DNA of 64,000 nt from Raillietiella orientalis (Eukaryota), in contig JAYWIR010000001.1 of the NCBI GenBank assembly GCA_036172245.1, forward strand, positions 7,068,001 to 7,132,000, given 5' to 3'. The notes beneath the pieces were generated by a model, which did no database searches, had not been told where the DNA came from, and worked only from the letters and a program-made list of their open reading frames with translations. Shown piece by piece: positions 37,900-51,210 of this stretch; position 1 is the first letter of the stretch, and the number at the start of each line of letters is the position of its first letter. The translations under genes and the position numbers were made by a program.

Positions 37900-40668
37900 A
37901 CACTCCAGGAATCCATCTTGGACAGACCACCGCCCGTAATGGGACGTCTCTTGGGAATCACAGCCTCGTGACAGTTGCAGGTTAAAACCAACGGACAGGC
38001 GTAGTAGATGATGGAAATTCTCCCCTTATTTGTTTGCATCTCCTTTTTTCCAACATGCCATTAATTGGGTGCCCATCTCGACCAAGGAAACTTTTTGGTA
38101 TCCAGTATATATAGAGAGTCGCTTCCAAGTTAGGCTGCTGGCGTAACACGGAAGTCTCTTGATGCAGAAGACCTTTTTCGGATTTACTGTCGACTTCCTG
38201 ATCTGATGGCTCGCTGTGGTTCGTTCGAGAGGGCGACCCTTCCCCAATCTTCTGCAACTTCAATCTCATTTCCTGGAGTTTTGTATCCGGCCACGCCGAG
38301 ACCTTTACTTAAAAAACAGGGAAACAGCGTGTCCCCTAAATACAAAAGATGCCAAAAGAAAGAAGAAAGTTCAGTGGGAATGGCCATCGGCACGCAAGCC
38401 GGTTTCTAAAGAAGCATAGGACGGAAGGAGGGGACAATAAATAAGGAAAAACATACGGGAGGTTAGGGACAAAGGTCTTTGGTTTTATTCGTTCCTTTCT
38501 AGAAGCGGCTGTATATGGCAACGATCTCTCTGATGACTTCGGGAGGGTGAAGCCATCTTTTAGCCGTCCTCACTAAGGAGGCTGCCATGTTGATGGGCTC
38601 CTTTCGCTGCGAACGTGACTACAACACATGGCAGACTGTCACTATGGCGAGGATGCAACAGATTGTTTCGATCGCAGCATCTGCTATTAGTCTGCCTAGA
38701 GTGAAGCGCCGCAGCAACGAAGCGGGAGGGTCTTGAGGATGACGGATAGCCGAAGAGAGTCTCCGCCAAATGTCCGCGGAGACGCTGCAGTCCAACCTGG
38801 AGCAGTTCAGGGAGGTGGAAAACAGGTGCCTGAGATGATTGCACTGGAATCTCCAGTGCAGAGACAGCAGAATGTCCTGTTTCCCGTTTCCAACTCAGAG
38901 GGAACACGGGAGGTGTCCCCACGCAGGTAAGGGACCATGGGTTCTTCGGAGGGCATACCTAATAGGTGCTCTGTGGTATCAGTCAGCTTGGCAGGACAGC
39001 TGGACTAAATCCACTTGGAGATCCCCACGTTCCGGTACTTCAAGTACCTCGGTGTACCGTTGCGTGGCGTGGTTCAGCTGCCTGATCCGAAGGAGGCGTG
39101 GACCAGCTGCCTCCAGAAGGTAGAGTCGGCGATCGGCCCGTTCCGGGATGGCAAGTTTCTGTTGCCGGAACAAGTCGTGGTGTGGAACGCGTTTGTGGCT
39201 CCCCTCTTCCGCCCCCTACTTTTTATTTGTTCTCCACCGAATAGCATTAAAAGACGGACGAAGGACCTCCTGAGAATCGTCCTGTATAGCACAGGGAAGC
39301 CCCGATTCGTCCTGAAGGACTTGTGCGCTCCGTGTCGCGACGGACGCCTCGGCCTTCTCATGCTGGAGCGCCTGGAGCAGCGGCTCCAGTGGAGGACGCT
39401 TGCCCTAGTGGCGAAGTTTTGGAGCACAAACTGGTGCGAGCCCGCACGATACCTAGTGAAGCGAGCCACCGGCTACGCGGGACTGTCTTCATTCCTGGCA
39501 CGGCAGCGCAGACGCAACATGTCCAGCTGCGGACTGGAGTTCCTGCGAGTGGCCAAGCTGACCAGGACCAACAACTGGATCTTCTGCCGGCCCGTGAACG
39601 GTGGTGCCTGGCTGCAGGAAACCGTTTGCACATGGATGAAGAACGAAGCGATCAAGGAGATGCAGCAGCGACTGCTGCACTTCTACAACAAGCGCTCGCT
39701 GCAGGACGTCATAGTGCAGCCCATCACGTGTGCGTGGGCGCAAAGAACCTCCCTAGCCGCGGCACTGCCCTTCCTCAGGGAGCACCTGGGCAGTAACCAG
39801 CCGGCCAGATGGGAAGTCAGTTTCGAATTCAGTCAAAAGACGAGGGAACTAGGTGGTTGGACCACGAGCCAGCTCACAGACGCTGCGACTCCAGGTGTCC
39901 CACCGGAAAGGACTATTGCGCTGCGGTGAGCTGCAGGGATTCTCACAGGAAGACGTCGAGCGGTCCCCAGCGCTGAACAACAACCGTGATTCCTCCCCCT
40001 GATGTGGCAGAAGTCGGCACTTGCGCTGTTAGCGTGCAACGCCCGCCGCTCGCACTGGACCCGGGGGGCTGTGGACACCAACTGCTGCAGATGAGTGAAC
40101 GAGAGTTTCTCTCGCACCTGCTCGTAGACTGTGTTGCCCTCCGGCCCTTGTGGTTGCGTTACGCAACGGCGCTCGGTACACCGACGGACCATCCCAGGGA
40201 CGTGATGAAGCGCCTCTTCGTGCGCGATGCCTTTTCGCCTGCTGCAGCCCTAGCAGCTGCTTGCTGCCTACGCGGGATTGTGGCGGTCTGGAGCCAAGCA
40301 GCCCTAGCAACGGCACGCTAGGAACGCCATCTGCTCCGCCCCGCACTCCCTGCAGACGGCAGCAAGATGGCCCCACCTGGGGCATACACGGATCGAACTT
40401 GCCGGCATCCTGGAAAGGGTGTAGAGGACGCCCTCCAGCTCCCGATGATCCCTTCCCTAACTTCCCCAATTTTTTTGTTCGTATCTTTTTGTTGTTTTAT
40501 TTTTATCTCTGTTTGCCCCCTCCTCCCCCGCTGCCGAACCGAAGCTCGCCGGCTTGCGTTCCGCTTACTCGGCAGGTTCCGAGCATTTTCGGACAATGTA
40601 GGGTCAATGGCCCTACACATGTATGCTTATTATTTTCTTATAACAAGTGTCCCGGAGTGACAGGGTGA
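37900..40668 (+). mobile_element. L1/Tx1-like non-LTR retrotransposon, decayed ORF2 (RT to C-terminal zinc finger) plus 3'UTR (copy A)
   Basis: SFVSG, KEA*DG (KAFD-like), WTKS then FKYLGVPL, LCAPCRDGRLGL (PxxxGGLG) and EFLSHLLVDCVALRPLW (zf-RVT-like); T-rich tract and structured 3' end shared with other copies. Confidence 0.8.
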
Positions 40669-40679
40669 TAAACCAAGCA

Positions 40680-41370
40680 GGTCACTCCACCAAAAGCGTC
40701 CCTTTGCCTGGAAACGAGGAATGGCGGCGCTGTCCACAACTCACTCGTCTTGCAGCCATCGAGGGGTTTCCCGACTCCTGTAATGTTGCAGAACTCCCAC
40801 CTCGCCAATTGGCTGCTGTCATCGTTTGTCCTGAGGGCAGACAGTGCTGCAGCAAGGTGTGCGACGGCTTTTCAGGACCACGGCGTCCAGTCTTGCAGAT
40901 CTCCCAGCGGCTTGTAAGGAGTTTCCGCAGTGGACGTTCCTCTGGGCGCACTTCCAAAGTGGCAACCCAGGACTCCAGAGCGTCCTGCCTCCAGGAGTCC
41001 CAGTTTTTCGGGCGGCAGGTGATCAAGGATGAGTCATCAGTAATGAGGGCGGATTCCTCAGGGAGTATCAAATCCAGTCTCATCCTGTGATGGCTGCGCG
41101 GCAGAAGCGAAAGAAGTCCTGCGCTTCCAAACCATCGCCGGAAAATGTGGTGTGCCGGAGCACACCTGCGAAAAGTCCATGATTTGCGCAGAGTACCAAA
41201 AGACGTCCGATATTGAGGATGGTCAGGATGCCCAGGCCGGCATCCTGGCGCGGCTGCCACCAATTCTTTCAGTTGGATCCGGAACCTTGCAGCGCTGCAC
41301 AGGGCTTTTCCCATGAGGCGCTGCGCCCGGATCTTCTTCACCCGAGGATTCGGACTTCCTGAGGGTGCAC
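40680..41370 (-). mobile_element. LINE endonuclease/linker relic
   Basis: ORF 40682-41374 has WTF, RMRLDLIL and RWEICK in the order typical of the end of the L1 APE domain. Confidence 0.35.
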
Positions 41371-41589
41371 TCAAAACGAGCGGACATGCGCTCTTCCTTC
41401 CTGGAACACAATCTTTCCGCCCTCGCTTCTTGGGGCATCTCTCTGTCCCAGCCGATTGCCCCGCATCGCGCAGCCTCCCTGCATCACTGACGGAGCCAAC
41501 GGCAGGATGCCAGAAACGAAGCCGAAATTACCGGCAACTGTCAAGGGAACACCGAAAGTCGGTAAAAGAAAGGGCAGTAGGAGAGGAAA

Positions 41590-41949
41590 CACGGATGGAC
41601 GGCAAAGGAACGCATCGGGAGTGTCCTCCCCCACACGAACACAACGGAACGCAGCAACTGCTGCCTGTGATAAGAACAAGCGCGACAGACAACAAGAGAA
41701 AAGAATGGCCAGGTGCGAATCTTGCGGATTTGAAGAACGTAGTGCCGGTGTGATGAAGCTGCAGGCCTTTTCGAACTTCAGGAAACATATCCACCTCATC
41801 CATCGGCTACTTCTCTAAGGTGGTTCAAAGAGATTCGGATGAACTGACTTGAGTGTCGGAGAGCCCTCCCTTCTTTTTTCTGTGCCCTTTGTCCGGGAAC
41901 TTTGTTCCTGGATAGTTAAGTAATAAACGTCCCCCGCGCACCCGGGTGA
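41590..41949 (+). mobile_element. Diverged LINE 3' end (copy F)
   Basis: Hairpin tgtccgggaac-ttt-gttcctggata (41890-41914), then AATAAACGTCCCC...CCGGGTGA as in copies A-E. Confidence 0.55.
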
Positions 41950-42164
41950 GAAACAGTTTTCGTTCTTGGTGTGGACCTCGCGATGTACTTCGAGGTAGCC
42001 TCTGCAATTTTCGGCCAAATGTCGAGAGGATGCATGGTGCAGTCTCTGAAGAGCATGACTCCTGTCGTACCTGCAGGTTTCATCGTGTCCTGTCTAGTGA
42101 CCTCGCGGATTTTGTCCAGGAACCCGAATGGACGGCGGGAAGCACGTGTTTTCGAGTCTTCTCG

Positions 42165-43624
42165 GTGTAAAATGCAGCGAAATGGACCGAGAAAAACGCA
42201 GCAATGCCACAGTGATGACGTAAGCGATCCTCTAGCGAGGCAAGAGCTGCAGAGTTCACGTAACTCAAGGATTCCCCTCCAAAAAAAACGATAAAAGGCA
42301 AAGCTGACCTGACCCTTGAGCAGTTCCTACGATTTCTGATTTTCACAACAGAATGCGTTCTTTCATTCGTTGGGAAGCATCTCTTTCGCTACGACGCCAC
42401 CGCAGAACAGAAGCGTTCACTGTCCGCGTTAGTGGACAGAGTCTGACGTTGATTCCTTAACGTATCTGGTACACCGGCGGATGATCCGCACGCCGGTGTA
42501 CCAACTGCGCTTGATACAGAGAGAGCAAAAATAATTCACACTTTTCAAACGAATTGATAATATGGTTCATCATTTAATGAATGAGCAACAAGCAATACAA
42601 ATCAGTGATATCATTGGGTATGACGGTTTCCTTCAAAACAGGGTGGTACGCATAACGCAGCATCACACTCTTCGCACTGATCCTCAACATACGTCTTTCA
42701 TTCGTTTTTCTTGCAAACAACGCTTGTTCGCAATCGATTTTTTGCTGCGGACAGAGAAGGAAAATTCCTTCAGACAAGGCTACTGGAGCAATTAGCGCCA
42801 GATCTATTAGGATGATGAGCCTTGGTTCTGCAATTCCCCCCCAGCATTCCTTTTATGAATTTTGTAACTGAAGTTTCGACAGAGATGTCGCTCCGCAAAG
42901 GTACCTTTGCTCCAATATTCCTCTGACGATGATTTTTTTTGTTTCGTGCCATTAGCAATTCGCTTATTGCAGTACCATCTACAAAATTACTGCTAATTTT
43001 TCGTTTCCGGTCGCTTTTTTATTTCTCGACAATGTGCTCTACTGATCCTTCAGCCACTTTTAAGTGGTCTATAATTTCAAACGAAGAATTTATGTCTGCT
43101 CGAATTCCCGAATGTTGTGACATAAGGTGATTGATTTCTGGTCGAAATGTTTTCGGAGGTCATACGATGCACGAGGAGGAGGCGCTTTGTGTGTTGACTT
43201 GGCCTATTTCTTCTGATACCGAGGTACTGAGTATATGCAATCGCCTTTTTTTTTTTTCTCTTTTCTTTTCTGAGAGACGTGAAATTTGCACGCTTCTTCC
43301 GCTGCAGTCATTGGAATCCGTTCCCGAATCATTTAGCACGTTAAACCGACTGTCGTTTCCTCATGTACATTTCCAGATAGGCAAAACCGAAGTCATCTTC
43401 TGAAACGAAAAGCTGGTATGGTAACTTTTAAGAAATAAACGGACGTGTCAGAAGATAATTTCTTCAAACGATGCGTTTGTATTTGACTTTCCTTTGCTGC
43501 AAGCCAGATACCAGATATTCAGAGGATTGGTACTATTCTGTTGTGTAAAATGCGGCGAAATGGACCGAGGAAAACGCAGCAATGCCATAGTGATGATGTA
43601 AGCGATCCTCTAGAGAGGCGAGGG
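42165..43624 (+). repeat. 82-bp direct repeat pair (42165-42246 and 43543-43624)
   Basis: gtgtaaaatgc(a/g)gcgaaatggaccgag...gtaagcgatcctctag present twice with a few substitutions. Confidence 0.9.
42600..43500 (-). mobile_element. piggyBac transposase pseudogene (3' half)
   Basis: VVCKKNE*KTYVEDQCEECDAALCVPPCF matches the piggyBac C-terminal cysteine-rich domain. Upstream IIDHLKVAEGSVE resembles IxDYNxxMGGVD. Confidence 0.55.
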
Positions 43625-44590
43625 TTGATAAACAAGTGTGATTTTTATCCAGGATACGTAACCAAACATGTGAAGTCATCGTTGTTTATTCTCTTGCTTT
43701 TACTATGATTTTGCTCTCGGCTACTATGGCCGGTGTCAGGAGTGAAAGGTCATAGGAGGGTAGAAAATGACCAAAAGACGAGTTGTCTGGAATCAACTCC
43801 GATTTCGGTAAAGTCGCAGCCACGGAAACTTCACGCATGGGTTCCAGGTTTCCAGACCTCCTCCCGAGAAATGTCAGCTTCCTCTCTTCGTGTGGCATGT
43901 GGGCATCCCGCGTGCAGAGATTTGGGAAAATCAACTCCTAGATTCGGAATAACTGCGCTATTTCTTGTGCGCTTCTTCTATGTGAAAACGCTGGTGCTCG
44001 AGCGTGAAGCCCTTGGATCTCCAGGAAGACGGAACTGTCGTAAGATCAGAACGAAAATGGGGTTCCTGTGCCCCACCGCAACGGCATTTTCGAGAGTTCT
44101 GGCTTCTGCATGTGAGCGCACCGTCTCTCCGGGCGTGTCCTTCTCTTTTCGAGTTGCATTCTGAGCTCTATCGGAGGAAGTCCAGCTTTGAGAAAAAGCG
44201 AGCACACGAATCCCGTGATGTGCGAATCTTGGGAGGTTGGTTCCTAGTTATCTTATTAAGCTAATCTAAAGATTCCGCCCCGAAGAAACCACGAGGAATG
44301 AATCGCGACTTTTCAGTAGGGATCTCAAGTTGCAGTGATGACGAGGTCAAAGACGAAAGGAAGCGTCCCTTCGGGATTCTCTTCAGAGGAGGAAACGAGG
44401 AGCGGTTCCCTCGGGGTTCCCTTCGGAGACAACCCCTGGGCGAAAATTCTCTTCGTGGTTCCCTCCCAAGCGTGAGAGGATAGGACTCCTTCCACTGGAT
44501 CCTTCCTGGATTCATAGGGTGATCCCTCTGGAGTCACCCCCTGAATATGAAGAGCTGACACGTACCATCAGGTGGCATTGACGGTGTTAA

Positions 44591-45105
44591 CCCTTTGAGT
44601 GCTTTGGACGCATAGATGCGTCCGAAGAAAACGATCGGCGTGGACTATGGACACTGTATATGCGTCTGGCAAATGTTTTTACTTTGTACGCGCGACAAGA
44701 GTTAACACTATCAATGCTTGAGATGGTCGCATGCACTTACCTTCTCATAATTACCTTAGCAACGGCAGCAAACAAAATTCTATTTATATCGGCAAACTGT
44801 TCTCGGTTTTTCAGTCATCTCTCTGAAAAACCGCGAGTTACATAATATTATGGTGGTGTCGTATGCAATTTATTACATTGTACCGCGCCCAAATGAATTA
44901 CTGATTGTATTGGAATTGTAATTTTTAAATAAATAATATATGTTTGGGAAAAATAGATGAGAATAGTGACTTTAATCAGCGCTTCAAAGAGTCAATCATA
45001 TAGAGCGAGGCGGTACGCGACAAAGCGTTCCGCCCGCAGAGGTCGCGGCTGCGACCCGTCGACACACAAAACGTTGCAATCTGAATGAGCCTCGCACCCA
45101 AAGGG
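44591..45105. mobile_element. Non-autonomous piggyBac element (MITE), 515 bp
   Basis: TTAA|CCCTTTGAGTGC ... GCACCCAAAGGG|ATAA: 11/12 TIR match, TTAA and near-TTAA flanks, subterminal palindrome ggacgcat-ag-atgcgtcc. Confidence 0.75.
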
Positions 45106-46547
45106 ATAAACAGCTTCTTGTTTTAAAAAAAAATAATGATGACAACTAGAATAATAGTAGGGAAAAATAAAATGAGCACACATATTTTTTTCCATACATA
45201 TTCCGTACATATATTAAGAATATATCAGTACGTATTATTAATTATATCACCAATATATATGTTAATAAGTATTAATAAATACGTATGCTGAAATAAATTT
45301 GTGTACTAATCTACATAATTAAACACATGTACTTATTTTTTTATGACCTTTCGGGATTTCTATATTCGGGATTTTGATCACCACCGCACCAGGACGTGCC
45401 CCGAAGCCTTACCGTCTCTGCATCAGTGCCAAGTAGTTCCCGATTCGGATGTTTCTGGGCAGCAGACCTATAGCAGATGGGCAGTCGTCTGTGAGTGCAT
45501 ACGAGGCCAGGAGGCTACCAAAAGAAGCATCTTAGAGAACCGCGTCTGCTTCGTAGCGCTGCTTTACCTGGTCGGAGTAGTCTGACCTTGGTGGCGAAGC
45601 GCTGTCGTCCGCTGTCTCCCTCAACGGCAGGAACACGTTGTCGCAACTAGCCACAAGCCGAGACCGTTTTTTCCGGACCACTCGGAAAGAGCGGTTCAAC
45701 TCTGTCCACCGCTCCGGGGAGAGGGATAGCCGAGGGTGATTCCGAGAGAAATACAGGAGCGTAAGGAGCGGACACTTCCGTGGGAGGAGAGTGGGGTCGA
45801 AGAACACACCTCCTTCCCTGCGCGCGCCTCACTCCCCTCCTGTACCTGCTCGCTCGCCGCCGGCTGGAAGCATCCGAAGCAGCATCTTCCTTCCGAACTC
45901 GCTCTCCTCCGTTCTTCGTCGTCGTCGCCATCCTCCCCTCAGGCTTTGGCGACGGGAAACCAAGGATTCCCATCTGGGGATCGTAACCTTCGATGAGCAG
46001 TAAACTCCTCTCTGAGCTCAGTGCACCGAACAATGGGGGGTCTCGTCTCGAGATGACCTGACCAGCACCACGTGTCCAGCCACTGCCTACCATGGAGATC
46101 GTTTGCCTCGAGGCCAGATGACCACCTTTTCGCACGTGCGGCGCGACTCGATCAGATGACGAGCCAAACGGTTCGGAGGAAGACGTGCAGCTTCAGAAGA
46201 GTCTCCCCAGCACGGACTGGACCACTGCAGGATCGCCAAACTCTACGGTGAGCTCACGGACGAGCTCAGAAGAACGTCGGCAGAGCGCCGGGAGATGCTG
46301 ACATCTGACCCACTGAGTCCCGGCATGCAATCCGCAATCCGGATCGCGATCTGACCGGGTGCTGCAGAGAGAGGAGCGAAGAGTCATCTGCCCATTCGAT
46401 AGAAGCATCCCAGCATCATTAGCAGAAGCTTCGAAAAGGGGGGAACAGAAGCTACCTGGACTTAGCTTTGCAGGGTTTGGTTCAGATCCCGAACGATCTT
46501 GAAAATAAATACATACGATTAATTATATATATATATATGCTTATAAG

Positions 46548-49272
46548 CAGTGCTGATATTATAAATATTTAACAGTTGGTATGCATGGGTGTCCGCAGGA
46601 ATTTTTGCGGGGAGGAAGGGTGGGGGGGAATTTTCCGACAAAAGAAAAGACAGCTTAGCACACTTCTGTTTTTCAAGAGCAGGAAAAAAAAGACATCCGT
46701 GCCGGTACGCTTAGTAGCTAGGAAAATATTTTTTTACACATTTATTTATTTATAATAATTTACATACATAAACTATTAATGTCATAATATAATAGTTCAC
46801 TCGAACAACTTCCAAATCATACTTTGGTTATGGCAAGAAGGTGTAGTGGGAACTTTTTCTTTCACCCGGCTGTCGCTTGCCTGATGGAGTCCTCGTCTCA
46901 ACCGGGGTGTAACGTAGGGTGGAACTCCGCCAAAGTCTTTTACAGATTTTCCTATTAAACAAATAGTCATTGAGTGACTTGTTGTCTCTATTAGTATAGA
47001 ATTCTCTTCATATCAGTAATACTATTCATTGCGCTGATACCTCTCTCAGGCGGAGTTAACAGCAGTAACATTCGAAATTCTTTTGGCTATGAAAATGCTA
47101 TTTGGAATCTTTTTACATTCTATACCTCTTCTGTCAACGAAATCCGGAAACCCTTACACGGGAGCGTTGTGTTTTAGAGTTCTGCTCAGCTGCTTCGGTC
47201 GATTTTCTCCTTCAATCCATGGCGCTCCACAAACATCACCCGGCCAAGTTTCAGGACTTGACGAATTTAAGATAATCCAAAAGAGATTTTTCATTTCTAT
47301 CATCGGATAGGATGCGGATTTTCATGTTCCACTGAACTATCAAAAAATTCGTCTGTCGAAAATACGTCTGCCCCTTTGTTTCTATTAACCTCAAATGGAA
47401 TACTGTGCTTTTTCGATTCTACAATGTCTTCTGCTTCTTTTTCGTGATTTCCTCTATCAGATTTTGAATGTTCCATTCCATTTGTTGCTGGGCGAATGAA
47501 TCTGTCTTCTCTAACAACTGAAATATTTCTGTCCTGCAAGGCCGTGGAAAGTATCGAAATTTCTTCTAGAATGTCATTTATCAATCTTTTAGAAAGCTTT
47601 CGTTTTGAAATACGAAACTTATTCTCACTTTGTGATTTTGATCAAAGTAAATATCCAAACTGCTTTTGCGGCCCCAACACCGCAGGCGGCTGCCCAACGA
47701 GCCCCAAACATTCTTCAGGGGGATGTGAGCCTCAATTCCAAGTTCCCTGAAAACTTTTAATTTAATTCTCTCTGATGTTTATTTGGCGTGCGATAATAAA
47801 CACACAGTTTATCGAGAAAATGTACAAATTGGTTTACTTCTTTTACATCTTCGCATTGCATCATCTGCAGACAACTGAATGAGATGAGCTGGAGTCCCAA
47901 ACAAATGCAAACAGCTTGCTCTTCAGCTTTTGCCGAAACTCCAGAACTTTTCCCCTCACATCCCTCTGGAGCCGCAAAATCCGATGAGGTTTCCGTGCAG
48001 AGATTTTTCTCTGAAGCCATGTTTTAGAGAGAACCGAGATGAAAGTTTTGGAAACGATTCCTGACGTTGTCCCTCCTAATTCAACAAGATCAATGAAAAG
48101 TAAAAATCCAAAATTCCGTCTATTAAATAAACTGTTAAAACACTTCTGTGTGAAACAGTTGAGGCTGCGCCGATAGTAATTGAAATTTTGCAGCCTCCAT
48201 TTATCAATTTTCCAAAAATCTCTTTTCTCATTTCTGCTGAGATGCGCTTCGCGAACAAATGGAACCATAAAATCTCGAATGTAACATAAACTCCCACATC
48301 TACATCATTCTTTTTTTTGCAAAGTTATTAAATTTTCAAAATCACTCAATGGTTTGTTATTTTTTATTTTGGAGTCCATAGTATTCAAAAACATGCATAC
48401 CGTACTGTATAAACACTTTTCATCAGCTAAATCAATTATTTTTCAGATGACGTTTTGTTTCGCCGTTTTGATTCTGCATGCCCTGCTTTCTCGTGTGATG
48501 CTGAATCGTCATGTCCTTTCAGTTTTTTTCCTACCTGATGATTGCAAATTCTGTTTGCTTGACCCGTGTGCTTTGACCGAACATGATGTCCACTCTACGG
48601 AAATGTGTTCAGCACCTTCAGCATTTAACGATGCTGCTTTTGAACACCATCGACATCCCTCGTGTTCACCATTAGGGATGAGAAACCACTCGTTTTTAGT
48701 TTCGAAATCATTTTCTCAGCTGATTTTTGTGCAGCATCCCAACGTGTCCCAGATTGTTCCAATTCTTGTCGAGTTTTCAGAAGTGTCGCTATTCCTTCTG
48801 GATTCTTCTCTTCCTTCCTCAGACTGCGACAAATTTCCAGGTTGCTGTTCGTCATGGTTACTGCGTGCTTTTTTTTTTTTTTGAAACGCTCGAAAAATGG
48901 TCCAAGAAACACAGTCTCTTCATTCCGGGGGAACTAATACGCATTTGTATTCAGATGCATTAAGAGAACGCACTCTCATCTTTCAAGATGGAAAACGATA
49001 GTACAAATTGCAGGTTAAAAGTTACGGCGAAGACCCGAGAGTTGTAGGGGAGATTGTGGCCCTCACCCACGCCACGACTGATGATAAATGTCATGCTAGA
49101 AAGAAAGGCTAATAGAATCTTTGTAGATAAATAAATCTATGGGTGTCCTGTTTCATTCCATTTTATTTATTCACTTGTTAAACTAAGGTCATCATGATGC
49201 AATTAAATAACGCCTTAAATAACAACCGGTAAGGCCGTACCGGTTGTTATTACCGGCTGAATATCAGCACTG
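46548..49272 (-). mobile_element. hAT DNA transposon with decayed transposase (KIAA1586/ZNF862-like)
   Basis: Perfect 13-bp TIR CAGTGCTGATATT/AATATCAGCACTG and 8-bp TSD cttataag/ctcataag. Fragments DLVELGGTTSG, FLDKLCVYYRTPNKHQREL, LEEISILSTALQ and dimerization motif VNSA*ERGISAMN. Confidence 0.85.
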
Positions 49273-49306
49273 CTCATAAGTATTTATTAACACCTATAAA
49301 CATATA

Positions 49307-50518
49307 CAGGTAACCCTCGTACAGCACGGCAACGTACAACACGGTTTCGCTCTCACACGGTAAGAGAAATTGCGGAAACCCTCGTACAACACGGTACTTC
49401 TAAAACACGATAGGATGATTTTTATTGAACACATTTAGAAAATTATATTACGCACTATGTACACACATATCAATGACCAACTACAGAAAGAGCTTAAGTG
49501 TGTATATATACACTCAACGCCTTTGTACGTACATAAAAACAATTGGGGGAATACCCGAGTTTTATTGTGTGAATAATCTCAAGGTCCCATTTTATGTTTT
49601 CTATTGAAGTCGAGTTAGTTGCAGAGCACTGAGTGTTGTGTGTTCGAAGTGTTCAGCTCAATATTTTTTTATTCTTCGATAGAGAATTGTGAAATAGAAA
49701 GAAATTGCCTATTTATCTATGTCTGATCAAAATAAAAAAAAACTTTTAAGGGGACATTCATTTCTTTAGAAATGAAAATGCAAATTTTGGATCGTTTTTT
49801 AGAATTAGGAAAAGCATCACACATTGCAAAAACTCTAAATTTGAGTGAAGCAACAGCCCGAACCACTGAGGAAAGTAAAGTGGAAGAAGAAATTGGCGAC
49901 GAGGATTTGGTCGAAATGGTCTCCGAGGTAAACCAAATCGAATCTTAGGACAGCAGCACCGTGAAGTTCATGATTTTACATTTAAAATGTTACCGGAAGG
50001 ACCAAGCATAGCCCAAAGGCTAGAATCACTTTTCTTGGATGCAGATCCTTCAGCTGGAAGAAGCCGGAAATTCGCAAGGGAGCACTGCTTATCTCCGGAC
50101 CATGAAAGGCCTTGTAAACACAAGCAAACAAATCAAAATGGCTGCTTTTGTTTCGACAGGGCAGAAGGTACACGAAATCCTAATGCCAGCAAAAGTACCG
50201 AAAGTGATGAAGATGGTGCCGTTCGACCGAAAAAAAACGTACTCGTTTCATTGTACTGAGCAGAGATGAAGAAGAAGATTATTGAATGAAGGCTGTGTAA
50301 TTAAACGAAAATGGTTTATATGTATTTATGTAATTTTTTTTTAGTTTTCGTTTCGTGTTATGCATTCCTAATAAAAATGAACTTTAAAAGTCATTTGGCT
50401 TTAATAGTTCTTGGAATTTAACCCCCGTTTTTGTACTGGCTCCTGGTCTCATATAACGGTTTCACACAACATGCTATTTTGTAAGAACCTATCTAACGTG
50501 CTATAGGAGGGCTTCCTG
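49307..50518 (+). mobile_element. Internally deleted Tigger/pogo (Tc1-mariner) element
   Basis: TA|CAGGTAACCCTCGTACAGCACG ... CGTGCTATAGGAGGGCTTCCTG imperfect TIRs. ISLEMKMQILDRF...SHIAKTLNLSEATART (CENP-B/psq HTH) joined directly to C-terminal EDLVEM and DADPSAGRSRKF. Confidence 0.8.
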
Positions 50519-50779
50519 TGTATTACTGATAAATTAATATGTATAAATATATACAGTGAAGATTGTAAAAAAGCATATATATATATATAAAATGGAGTAT
50601 ATAAATATCGAGTTGTAAAAAGTGAAAAATGTTGAAGGCAATTAAAAATAACGGAAAGAAATAAAAAGGCAAGCAAATTGAAAAAATAAAAAAGAAATTT
50701 GGCATTTTCTATCATTTTCAACACCTAACAAATGGCGCTTTCTCAGCAGATGACAAATTCTGTTTTCGAAATTTTCATC

Positions 50780-51210
50780 CAAATTTGTATGTTTCAATTC
50801 CATATTTATATATTCATTTCATATGGATTTATTACATATGACAATGCATATTAATATATATAATCAACATATACATCAATTTTGGTCATCCTCACCATAC
50901 ATATTAATGCATATTATGAATCACATCAATAATATATGTTTATAAATATTAATAAACATGTGTGTTAAAATCAACATGTATATTAATATATGTTCATGAT
51001 TTATATATTAATGTATAAATATATCAATATATATGTGCAAATTTATTTTCACATGCATATTTATTTATATTTATTAACATATATCATTGATATATGATAT
51101 GCTTTACAATGCTTATTATGTATATATATAGTTTTTAAATCATTGCATACATATTGATCTATACATTATATAGAATGATATATATAGAAAGCATATGTAT
51201 TTATTTTTTA
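50780..51210. repeat. AT-rich low-complexity tract
   Basis: Degenerate TA/ATAT runs. It ends in ctttcgggatttc, as does the AT-rich tract at 45180-45380. Confidence 0.6.

Noticed and set aside
42400-42460. cagaagcgttcac resembling the CPEB3 HDV-like ribozyme
   Set aside because: P1 and P2 partners and the catalytic J4/2 segment cannot be built; a simple hairpin explains the sequence
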